From Octopus sinensis (Eukaryota), in assembly GCF_006345805.1 (NCBI RefSeq), contig NW_021823584.1, positions 1 through 22,019 on the forward strand: a stretch of 22,019 nt of DNA. The letters are read 5' to 3'. Of this stretch, positions 10,546 to 20,263 are shown piece by piece. Position 1 is the stretch's first letter. Every line of letters starts with the position of its first letter. The translations under genes and the position numbers were made by a program. Under the pieces are notes generated by a model that worked only from the letters and a program-made list of their open reading frames with translations, was not told the DNA's origin and did no database searches.

Positions 10546-10800
10546 GTTTAAATGTTTGACAACTCAGCACCGTCCATTGGACGGGGGGCGTTTTACTCGT
10601 GTATATATATATATGTATAGAGAGAGAGAGAGAGAGAGGGGGGAGATATGCATATATGTAAATATGTATAGATGCTTATATGTATAAGCAGTTAAAGATT
10701 ATTGCTCTAATTACTATATCCATAAAAGAGAACAAGTTCAATTACATTTCTGTAATTACGTTGTGAGATTCCAATCCGTTACTTCTTTGAAACTTCTGTT

Positions 10801-10972
10801 CATCATTAGTCATCATCATTCATCATCATTCATGATCATTCGTCATCACTTAACGTCCGGCTCCCATGTCGGCATGGATTGGACGGTTCAACAGGATCTG
10901 ACTCGTCGGAGAACTGCGTCATGTTCTAATGTCTGTTTTGGTAGGATTTCTACGGTTAAACACCACTCCGAG
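10801..10972 (-). mobile_element. 3' end of an unclassified retroposon with (ATG)n tail
   Basis: (CAT)n tract followed by TAACGTCCG...CCATG..GGCATGG.TTGGACGGTT, recalled as a common interspersed repeat. No second copy in the window. Confidence 0.45.
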
Positions 10973-11469
10973 CTGGTCCCTTTTTTTTCTTTATGTGACA
11001 TCAGCATTAGTTTAGGTCACCTTGCGCGACAACAATTACAACTACAACAAACACTTTGACCAGCTACTAATTTACACACATTTTCTTCTTATCACTAACT
11101 ACTAAATCAAAAGAAATTCAATTTATTGCATCTTTAGCGACTTCAGATATTGCTTATGAGAAAACAGAAAAGGTGGCGGCGACAATGTAATTATTTCAAA
11201 AGTGGATGATGAAACAAATTCTCATACTGGGGTGGAGGGGCTGAGATTCTAACTAGGGGTGCTGAGCACCCTATAGCTCCCCTCCCCCTCCGTAGCTACG
11301 TGCCTAGTAGGATGACAGTGGAGAGAATAACAGAATAGTAGAGGAGGTTAGGAGCGGCGGGGGTATGACAAGGGGCAAGGGAAATCGAAAGCTTTAGTGC
11401 CAGGGATTATTGAGAAAAGGGAGAACAGAATAGAAAGGTGATGCGATGTGTTTGTGTCATGAGTGGTGA

Positions 11470-12376
11470 TTTAGGGTTAGCCTACACTGTAAACAATATC
11501 CGTAGAGTTATACCGGAGAAGTAAAGATACAGGCCGCAAAACGACGCTGGAGCTGTGCGAGACATTGGCCTTACTCTACGGGTGTGAAAACTGGAAAGTG
11601 AAAGAAAAAAAGGGAAAGAAAGACAATGGACAGATTCCAGAAGTGGCTGCAAAATGTTCGAAATGACACAATTTAGACAATGATGGGTTGTGACGAAATG
11701 TGGAGGCGCAATGGCCCAGTGGTTAGGGCAGCGGACTCGCGGTCATAGGATCGCGGTTTCGATTCCCAGACTGGGCGTTGAGAGTGTTTATTGAGCGAAA
11801 ACACCTAAAGCTCCACGAGGCTCCGGCAGGGGATGGTGGTGATCCCTGCTGTACTCTTTCACCACAACTTTCTCTCACTCTTACTTCCTGTTTCTGTTGT
11901 ACCTGTATTTCAAAGGGCCGGTCTTGTCACTCTCTGTGTCACGCTGAATATCTCCGAGAACTATGTTAAGGGTACACGTGTCTGTGGAGTGCTCAGCCAC
12001 TTACGCGTTAATTTCACGAGCAGGCTGTTCCGTTGATTCGGATCAACCGGAACCCTCATCGTCGTAACCGACGGAGTGCTTCCTACTCCTACTGTGACGA
12101 AATAAGGATCAGTGACGAAATAGGATGCAGATGTTGGAACTGGGTCGGAAGCGTCGTCAGGAAAGACCGAAAAAGCGGTTGTATGGTGGCACTAAGATGG
12201 TAGCTTGAGGGGAAAAGAACAGCAGGGCAGCCTAAAACCACATGCCAAAGGACCGTTGATAAGGAAAGGAAAAGGGGTAGAGGAGGTGGGATTAGACCAG
12301 AACAGTAGCAGAAAACAGAGCTGGTTGGAGAGATTGTGATGCGGCCTTATCTGCCCCATGGTTCGGAGGGAACTTA
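11470..12376 (+). mobile_element. RTE-clade LINE 3' fragment (dead), interrupted by SINE-B
   Basis: LLYGCENWKV at 11571-11600. After the SINE: ISDEIGCRCWNWVGSVVRK...VALRW*LEGKRTAGQPKTT. Matches RTE C-terminal motifs LLYG.E.W, RRW.W.GHV.R and W.P.GKR..GRP..TW. The left boundary is approximate. Confidence 0.75.
11700..12092 (+). mobile_element. Full-length SINE-B with 11-bp TSD
   Basis: A-box-like TGGCCCAGTGG and B-box-like GGTTTCGATTCCC. Tail ...CTTCCTACTCCTAC. TSD TGTGACGAAAT at 11689-11699 and 12093-12103. Confidence 0.92.
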
Positions 12377-12660
12377 TTGACCGAGGTTACCGTGGTCTTT
12401 TCCGTAGGCTTTTCTTTCCACGGATAAACCCTATCTGCTTCCCCCTTTACACTTTACACCATGACATTTCAAATTGATAATTTTTTTCTTTTTCTTTTTC
12501 TTTCCCTTTTACGATCCCTTTTGATCGAAAACCTACCCTACATTTTCGTTTTCTTTTCTCCCCATAAAGAAAAGCTCTACTTTGTAATCTGTCTCGTCTG
12601 TGTGCAGCTCTGTGTGGCTAATAAAGAAACATATCTATCTTTCTATCTATCTATCTATCT
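12376..12660 (+). mobile_element. Tx1-like 3'UTR-only copy with AATAAA and (TATC)n tail
   Basis: First ~90 bp match the reverse complement of 6350-6439. The remainder matches the reverse complement of 6460-6625. AATAAA at 12620-12625, TATC repeats from 12632. Confidence 0.8.
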
Positions 12661-12914
12661 TCTTTATGTTGCATGTCTCGTTTCTCTGTTGTTGTTTTTA
12701 TGTTGTTCGAAAAAAATTTCGTTTTCCATGTTTTTGTTTTTATGTTTTCGTTTCTCATTGTGTTCAACGTTTTTTTAACGTCCTGTACCCATATATGCAT
12801 GTATATATACATATCTATGTAGGTACGTACATATATGTATGTATACATGCATATATTTATATATTATTTATATTGTTATATGATCGAACACCACGCATCC
12901 TTATCCAAGTAGTT

Positions 12915-12915
<1 letters not shown>

Positions 12916-12962
<47 letters not shown>

Positions 12963-13024
12963 ATATATATATATCTATCTATCTATCTATCTATCTCTCT
13001 CCTCTCTCTCTCTATATATATATA

Positions 13025-13060
<36 letters not shown>
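12916..13060. repeat. (TATC)n-(TC)n-(TA)n microsatellite
   Basis: Direct reading. Confidence 0.95.
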
Positions 13061-13571
13061 GTTTGTGTGTCTATCAAACTAACTACTCTGTAAGAACGAG
13101 CATGGACAGAAGATCCAAGGCAAAGGAGACGGCAGGGGAGCAATGCACCAGGATGGAGAGGAACCCTGACTGAGAGCCTTTAAGGGAAAGAAAAATTAGG
13201 AATTCCTGAAGCGAGGATAGCAGGGGTGGGAGAACGATGAAAGGATGGATGTTGAGGGAACGGAGTACGAAGTATCATTATCTGTCAATTAGTTTTTTTA
13301 GAGGTATAATAAAATGTAGCCATTAGCTAAAATCCTAATTAAAATAATTAAACAATATATGAGACCAAAGTGAATCAATACCGTTATTGTATATTATTGT
13401 AAATTAAACGGTTGATTCAATCACGGAGCAGGTATTCAAGCAAAGATGATTAAATTTCCGTTGTAATATCTACGACGCATTGGTTTGTTCTTACTTTTAA
13501 CTAAGATCGTATATACAAGAAGCAGTGTGTGCATTACGTGTGGGTCTGTCTGTGTGTTTATATAGTTTCAA

Positions 13572-13737
13572 GTTCTGGGTTCTATCCCAGTAGTTATAGG
13601 TGCATTGGGAACTATCCTTAAAGATCTGAACGGATGGATATAGGAAATAGGCATGAAACCCAGTTTAGTTCAGCTCCAGAAAACAGTGTTATTAGGGACA
13701 GCTAGGATACTGAGGAGGGTTCTTGGCATCTAAGGTT

Positions 13738-13768
<31 letters not shown>

Positions 13769-13970
13769 TAATAATAATAATAATAATAATAATAACAGTG
13801 GCTCCAGTGGCTTCTAATTTTAACTGACTGGAAGTTCCATCATGTACAATGCTTTGTCTTTGTATATAAGATGGGCTCCAACAAATATTCTGCTCAAAAC
13901 CACAAATTTCCTTGTCAGTTGCTTGACATTAACCAGTTGAACACGTCCTTTGGACAAGTGTCTTCTACTA
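13572..13970 (+). mobile_element. SINE-A remnant split by a 369-bp insertion
   Basis: GTTCTGGGTTC (13572-13582) and TTGGACAAGTGTCTTCTACTA (13950-13970) match pieces that lie only 19 bp apart in the intact copy (18966-18976 and 18996-19016). Confidence 0.65.
13583..13951 (+). repeat. Inverted duplicate of 15444-15870 (R4 3' end + (TAA)n + flank)
   Basis: About 4 differences in ~156 bp of the LINE part and ~10 in ~157 bp of the flank. Shares the same in-frame TAG. Lacks the ~47-bp 3'UTR. Confidence 0.92.
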
Positions 13971-13991
13971 GACCCTCCTTATACTGAACTC

Positions 13992-14453
13992 CTTATGCTC
14001 TTTTACTATTTTACTAGTTTCAGTCATTTGACTGTGGCCATGCTGGAGCACCGCGTTTAGTCGAGCAAATCGATCCCCTGGACTTATTCTATGTAAACCT
14101 AGTACTTATTCTATCGGTCTCTCTTGCCGAACCGCTAAGTTACGGGGACGTAAACACACCAGCATCGGTTACCAAGCGATGCTGGAGGACAGACACAGAC
14201 ACACAAGCATACACTCACACACACACACACACACGCATACACACACACCACACACAGCACACACACACACATATATATATACATGTATACGACGGGCTTC
14301 TTTCAGTTTCCAACTACCAAATCCACTCACAAGGCTTTGGCCGGCCCGAGGCTATAGTAGAAGACACTTGCCCAAGGTGCCACGCAGTGGGACTGAACCC
14401 AGAATCATGTGGTTGGTAAGCAAGCTACTTACCACACAGCCACTCCTGCGCAT
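13992..14453 (-). mobile_element. Full-length SINE-A with internal (CA)n and ~11-bp TSD
   Basis: Homologous to 2493-2889 over its full length. Flanks ATACTGAACTC (13981-13991) and ATATTGAACTC (14454-14464) match at 10 of 11. Confidence 0.9.
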
Positions 14454-14460
14454 ATATTGA

Positions 14461-14740
14461 ACTCTACTATTTCCCTCTAGTTATCTCTCTCACATCGTCT
14501 CTGATGAAGGGATATCCCTAATATCTCAGAAACAGCTGCAAGACTACCTTTTTTGTTATAAATGTCCTATAAATTGCACACAGTTTTGGCTTTGTTGTCT
14601 CATTTTATTTAACATATACATGCTCACGCAAGACCTGCATTAGACTCCTCACTCGTAATATTATCGAACTGAGAGTCTAACTACAGTCCTCTCGTAGCAC
14701 TTACATAGCCTTACCTAACATGTTGGGTCTTCTGGCTACC
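14461..14740 (+). mobile_element. Penelope-like terminal-repeat fragment (second family)
   Basis: Contains a type I hammerhead motif. Boundaries are approximate, set by the flanking SINE TSD and the (TA)n tract. Confidence 0.45.
14497..14544 (+). ncRNA. Type I hammerhead ribozyme motif, probably inactivated
   Basis: Stem I GTCT/AGAC, core CTGATGA, 7-bp stem II GGGATAT/ATATCTC, GAAA, palindrome CAGCTG. The cleavage triplet reads GCA rather than GTA. Confidence 0.62.
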
Positions 14741-14749
14741 AATACCTCT

Positions 14750-14779
14750 TATATATATATATATAATATATATATATAT

Positions 14780-14827
<48 letters not shown>

Positions 14828-14830
14828 TAA
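14750..14830. repeat. (TA)n microsatellite
   Basis: Direct reading. Confidence 0.95.
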
Positions 14831-14897
14831 TGGCGGTGATCCAGCATGGCCACTGTCAAATGACTGAAACAAGTAAAAGTATAAAAGAATAAAAAAG
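14831..14897 (+). mobile_element. SINE-A 3' tail fragment
   Basis: GGCGGTG.TCCAGCATGGCCAC.GTCAAATGACTGAAAC is the reverse complement of ~14018-14056, followed by an AAAAG-type tail. Confidence 0.85.
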
Positions 14898-15080
14898 ATG
14901 TGTGTGTAATGTAGACAGATTTTTATCTTAGTGTAATAAATTTAGCAGATTATAATCTTAGAGTAATAACTTTAGCAGAGAATTCAGATCAATGAGAGAA
15001 GTATTCATATTTATTTGTATTTTGAATATTAAAGAAAGAACAGATAACAGCTTGTTACTCAAATAAAACAAGTCAGATTA

Positions 15081-15122
<42 letters not shown>

Positions 15123-15132
15123 TATATATTAT

Positions 15133-15172
15133 TGTGTCTGAGGAAAGTCATTCTCTTTTAGTGCCTTATTAA
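15133..15172 (+). mobile_element. Short fragment of the same family as 5289-5468
   Basis: AGTCATTCTCTTTTAGTGC.TTATTA shared with 5295-5320. Confidence 0.65.
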
Positions 15173-15263
15173 TTACAAAAATGATATATATATATATATG
15201 TATATATACGCTGAAACAAAATTATATATTCCATATATATATCTTTCCTAGACGAGACGCTTT

Positions 15264-15326
15264 TGTTTTAGTGAAGACGTGGCAGTTTCGTTCATATCTC
15301 TGGCCTTCATCAGCAGAGCTAAAACA
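15264..15326 (-). ncRNA. Decayed hammerhead-like motif
   Basis: Minus strand reads TGTTTTAG-CTCTG-CTGATGA-AGGCCAGAGATATGAAC-GAAAC-TGCCAC-GTC-TTCA-CTAAAACA. The core, GUC triplet and an outer 8-bp stem are present, but inner stem I and stem II are mismatched. Confidence 0.4.
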
Positions 15327-15597
15327 GAAACGATGTGCGCCGGTGCAAAGGGACAGAAAATTTCGTCCAATCTCGATAGGCTGTAAACAATAAATAAAGA
15401 AGACATCTGCTCGCTATCAGATATACACATATCGTCATTCATTAAAGGACGTGTTCAACTGGTTAATGTCAAGCAACTGACAAGGAAAGATGTGGTATTG
15501 AGCAGAATATTTGTTGTAGCCCATCTTTTACACAAAAACAAAGCATTATACATGATAGCACTTCCAGTCAGTTAAAATTAGAAGCCACTGGAGCCAC

Positions 15598-15599
<2 letters not shown>

Positions 15600-15650
<51 letters not shown>

Positions 15651-15672
15651 TATTATTATTATTATTATTATT
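15600..15672. repeat. (TTA)n/(TAA)n tract at the 3' end of the R4/Dong element
   Basis: Direct reading. Confidence 0.97.
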
Positions 15673-18320
15673 TTCATGTACACACAACAGATTAAACTGA
15701 CATCTGGCTACAGGTAACCTTAGATGCCAAGAACCCTCCTCAGTATCCTAGCTGTCCCTAATAACACTGTTTTCTGGAGCTGTACTAAACTGGGTTTTAT
15801 GCCTATTTCCTATATCCATCCGTTCACATCTTTAGGGATAGTTCCCAATGCACCTATAACTACTGGGATACACTTTACCCCCATTTTCCATAGTCCCTGT
15901 AATTCAATGGTTAGGTTCTGGTACTTTGCTATTTTTTCTATACCTCTCATATTAATTTTTCATCATTCGGGATTATAAAGTCAATTACCTGGTACTTTCT
16001 ATTCTTTTCGTTTGCTACTACTAAATCAGGCCTTCTCGCTTCTATTACTCTGTATGTCTGAATGTTAATTTAGCTTTGATTTCATTAACTTCCTTACCCT
16101 TCTAATGTACTCGTCAATTTTCGTTTTCATTTCTGTAGTTAGTACTCTGACAGATTCTAATACTCCTAGATACTTATAACTTTCTCCTTTTCTTAATGAT
16201 TTTAATGATTGGCCATCTGGTAATTGGATGCCTTCGCTGTTGACTACCTGTCTCCTTTACAGGCCTAATATTGCACACTTATCTATGCCAAATTCCATGT
16301 CTATATCTTTGCAGGAGAGTCTTACAGTCTGTGTTAAGGAATCTCCTTTTTCACTAAAAAGCTTCAGATCATCCATGTAGAGCAAATGGTTAATTTTTCT
16401 CCTACTATTTCTGAACTGTTACCCTGCTTTTTCCTTCCTTAATACTAAACTGAGGGGGATGAAGCATAAGGTAAATATTAATGGGGACAACGAGTCTCCC
16501 TGGAAAATTCCTTTTTTGATATTAACTTTCTCTAAGAGTGTGTCACCTGAGTAGAGATCTACTTTCCATTTCTTCATGCTAAAGCAGGTTTTATGTTGTC
16601 TGCTATACTGAATATACTCAAACATTCACTTATCCATGAGTGTGGGATCATGCCATAGGCTTTCATGTCATAATCTATCCATACTCTTGTTGGATTTCCC
16701 TTTCTAGCTTTTACTTAATTTAAAACTGTTTTATCTATGTATAATAGATCATGCGTTCCTCTAGCCTTCTTCTTGCATCCTTTTTGTTCTTCTGGCAGTA
16801 AATTCTGGTTGTCAAGGTGCTCGTAAATGCTTTCCTGTTAACAGCTTCCACACTAATGGGAAGCAAGTGATTGGTCTATAGTTGCTAGCTGTATTACCCT
16901 TGCTCTTATCTTTCATAATGAGTATTGTCCTCCCTCTAGTCATCCAATTTGGTATTATTCCTCCATTAATGCAATCCTGAAGTTGTTCCCTCAGCCTCCA
17001 ATGTAAACTACTAAATTTCTCTAGCTATTACCCTTGAAATAAATCTGGTCCTCAGCTCTTCTAATTGGGCATTTTTTCCTAATACTTTATCCATAAATGT
17101 ACTAGTTAATCTTAGATCTGGCTGCTTCTCACTCATTATTTCTTCCCTCACTTTCTTTAACCATACTGCATCTCCATTATGATTGACTGGCTTATCCCAA
17201 ATATTACTCCAGAACTTTCTAGATTCTTCTGCATTAGTTTTCTCATCTTCAAGACTTCGTTCTCCACTATCTATTTGGTTATAAAATCTCCTCTGATCTG
17301 TCTCAAATAATCTATTCTATAGATACTGATCTATTCTTTTCTGATATCTGGAGATCTTGCCTGCTACTGCTGTGATACGCTCTTATCCTTTCTCTTTGAC
17401 TAAATATCTTTTCTCAAGGGAAGATTTGCATCTTGTGTTTCCTAACTTGTTTTGTTTTCTAGGCTTCTGTTCTGCTCAGATCTTGTCTTAAAGTCTTCAT
17501 TTTATTTTGCAGTCTCCTTTTTCACATTTGCTCTTTTTTAATCTTTCTCTGTGAGATATCTAATCTTCTAGTGACTACTGCCCCTCCTGCATAGATCAAT
17601 AAGATAGTGTCTCCTATATTTTTAGTATCTATCCTCCTGATAACAGAATCTACTTTCCTGGTCATTTCTAGCAGCTTCCTTCTGTTGGTGCCTTTTAATG
17701 CTGGCAATTTTTTCCTTACTTCTTTACTCATTACTTCCTGCAACCCATCTAAAATCTTCTAACTTTCCTCACTTAAATCCCTTAAGTCGCTGGTGCCAGT
17801 TGTCCATTCCTTATTGGTAACGCTATCATTTTTTTCCTTTAGGTTCTTCTTTGGTTTGAGCAGTATCCCTTATGTTGTTTTTTTCTTTCCTACTGTCTGG
17901 CTTTTCTTTTCCAGTTCCTTTGTGGTCTTTTCTACTCCCAATTCTATCATCCTTCTTCTCTTAATAGGATTAGGTTGATCTACTAATCTCTGCGCAGTCA
18001 CTTTAAACATACCCTTCTCTACCCAAAGTGTTAACATCCGTTTTCTATAACCCCTTCTTTTAGGTTCAATTTCTAAGTAGCACTGCATCACAATCCTGAT
18101 TTGTTCGCTGGTCCACTTCCTCCTCCCTACTCCATTATCTGCTGATGTTGTATTAGGATAACAACTGCGATCAGTCTGCATCTATACTGAACCACTGCCG
18201 AACGAGAGGCCTTCCCTTTAAGGCCCAGCTTCATTTTCGATGTTACAACCAGAGTGTCTTCGGAAACTCCTGTCTCTCATAAACTGAGGTAAGGCAACGT
18301 TCATCACCAACGTCATCACC
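15673..18320 (-). mobile_element. R4/Dong-clade non-LTR retrotransposon (RT + RLE endonuclease), inactivated, internally deleted
   Basis: N-terminal RRKWT...GYRKRM..LW segment, FWSNIWD, NYRPITC (~16864-16883), QGDSLSP (~16482-16502), YMDD (16368-16379). RLE motifs RPDLVV..VIDF..EKIAKY..IPVVIGALG..LLGTARILRRVL* with the stop at 15720-15722. Many stops and frameshifts. The 5' boundary is inferred from a TAA remnant at 18323-18331. Confidence 0.9.
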
Positions 18321-18927
18321 ACTATTATTTATCGACATCTGATAGTTTCAAGCAAGTTTCAATTGCATCATTTGTTGCACTTTTGTACTAGTGGAGTGGA
18401 GTGTACCGCACTTTTTGTGGGGGTTGGGGAGGATATTATACCAGCATGTTTTGTTATGTGGTTTGGTTTGAGTCTTATATTAGTTTTTGTATTGTGTGTT
18501 GTCTGTGCAGTGAAGGTTGTGTTCTTCTGTTGGGTTTCGGCTTTCTATGTCACATGTTGAGAGCTTTGTTCATTTTGTTGGGTAATTACGGTATGAGTTT
18601 ACCCCTGTATATTTTTTGGAAGAGGGTTGCATAGTAGTCTGTGTAAATTATAAATCAAATATTTCATAGTATTTATAGTTATCTCTCTACCACCGTTCTT
18701 TCTCTCTTGGTTGGTTTTGTTATGGGTTCGTTTTTATTACCTTTACCTTTTTAAACCGAACATCACTCATGGACATGTGTTGATGTTTCTTTCGTAGTTA
18801 TAATTATTGTTGATATATCAGCAAGAGACCGAGAAGAAACTCATAAGTTTGCAGTTTTCATATAGAAATATTTCAGTGCTTACATTTTTACGCACATCTA
18901 GCTGTCTAAGGGGAAGCTATTTTTTGT

Positions 18928-19090
18928 ATGGCTGTGTGGTAAGTAACTTGCTTACCAGCCACATGGTTCTGGGTTCAGTCCCACTGCGCGACACCTTGGG
19001 CAAGTGTCTTCTACTATAGCCTCGGGCTGACCAAAGCCTTACGAGTGGATTTGGTAAACAGAAAGAAGCCCGTTGTATATATATATACGT
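18928..19090 (+). mobile_element. SINE-A 5' half, ending in its internal microsatellite
   Basis: TGGCTGTGTGGTAAG...GGTTCAGTCCC...CCTTGGGCAAGTGTCTT...GAAAGAAGCCCGT. Confidence 0.88.
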
Positions 19091-19175
19091 ATGTATGTAT
19101 GTATGTATGTATGTGTATGTATGTATGTATGTATGTATGTATGTATGTATGTATGTATGAATGTATGTATGTATA
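19075..19175. repeat. (TA)/(TATG)n microsatellite
   Basis: Direct reading. Confidence 0.95.
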
Positions 19176-19459
19176 AGCATGTATGAGTGCGGTGCACTGG
19201 TCTGTTATTGGTTGGATCAGCAAAAAGGAAGTATTCCAAGCAGTAGGAGTTGAATATCATTTAATACACTTGGAAGTAATTTAATGTAAATTCGAACTAC
19301 TATAAGTTTCATGCCTCTGATAATACAATGGTCGGATGAGCTTGTATAGCATGTCCTGTGTTACCAGGCAGTCATGTAGGCTCACGCCTGAAATCGTGCA
19401 TTCCTCTGTATATTAATGCACACGTATGTATGTATTCATGAATGTGAATAGATATAGAT

Positions 19460-19490
19460 AAGTGTGTGTGTGTGTGTATGTGCGTGTGTG

Positions 19491-19537
<47 letters not shown>
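19460..19537. repeat. (TG)n microsatellite
   Basis: Direct reading. Confidence 0.96.
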
Positions 19538-19704
19538 ATATGGCAAATATTCTCTCTGCCAGTCGCCCACTGCTTTCTGTAATAAAACATATTTTCTCAT
19601 CATGATAATTGAAAAATAGTTTTGTAACCTTCACAAGGGAAAAAAAAACTTATTTTCCACAATACTTGAAAGTATGTACGTGTGCATATGTATAAATGCA
19701 TACG

Positions 19705-19719
19705 TATAAACACACACAC

Positions 19720-19764
<45 letters not shown>

Positions 19765-19820
19765 TATAATATATATATTATATATATATAATATTGTAAA
19801 TGTATATATGTGTGTGTGTA
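19705..19820. repeat. (CA)/(TA)/(TG) compound microsatellite
   Basis: Direct reading. Confidence 0.92.
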
Positions 19821-20059
19821 AGTGTATCTCAAGCATGACATCATTATTTAGTGAGATATAAATTTCGCGCTAGTTGCGAGGTTTTTGACATTTGCATAAT
19901 TCCTACGAGCATCTCGCTTCAAACATTTTGTCTTCGTTCATTTGTTCCGTCTCTGCTTTCCGGCAATTGTTTTCTTCCTACTCAAAATACATTCACATTT
20001 AGTTTTACACCGTGCGTGCGTGTGTGTGTGTGTGGTGTGTGTGTGTGTGTTTGTGCTTT

Positions 20060-20263
20060 AATATCGATTTCAAATTTTGGAACAAAGCCAGCAATTTCGG
20101 GGGTGGGATAAAGTCGATTACATCGGCTCCAGTATTCAGCTGGTGCTTAATTTATCGACCCCGAAAGGATGAAATATAAAGTCGACTTCGGCAGCATTCG
20201 AACTCCGAACGTAAAGACAGACGAAATGCCGTGAGCATTTATGTCCGGCGCGCTAACGATTCT
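20060..20263 (-). mobile_element. SINE-C copy with tail 1, head slightly truncated
   Basis: Reverse complement AGAATCGTTAGCGCGCCGG...AAATTGCTGGCTTTGTTCCAAAATTTGAAATC matches 1540-1720 and 5110-5280. Confidence 0.87.

Noticed and set aside
11229-11306. G-rich patch and CGTAGCTACG palindrome resembling a MITE end or G-quadruplex
   Set aside because: No partner TIR was found and the G-runs are irregularly spaced.
11701-11775. Possible tRNA gene
   Set aside because: A/B boxes are present, but there is no convincing cloverleaf by eye and it continues into a SINE body with a TSD.
15724-15978. Plus-strand hydrophobic ORF (also 17793-17978)
   Set aside because: It is an antisense shadow of the minus-strand R4 element.
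18340-18700. A/C-rich minus-strand region with an NKTCWYN peptide resembling a Penelope motif
   Set aside because: The similarity is too short and is interrupted by stops. The region is left unassigned.
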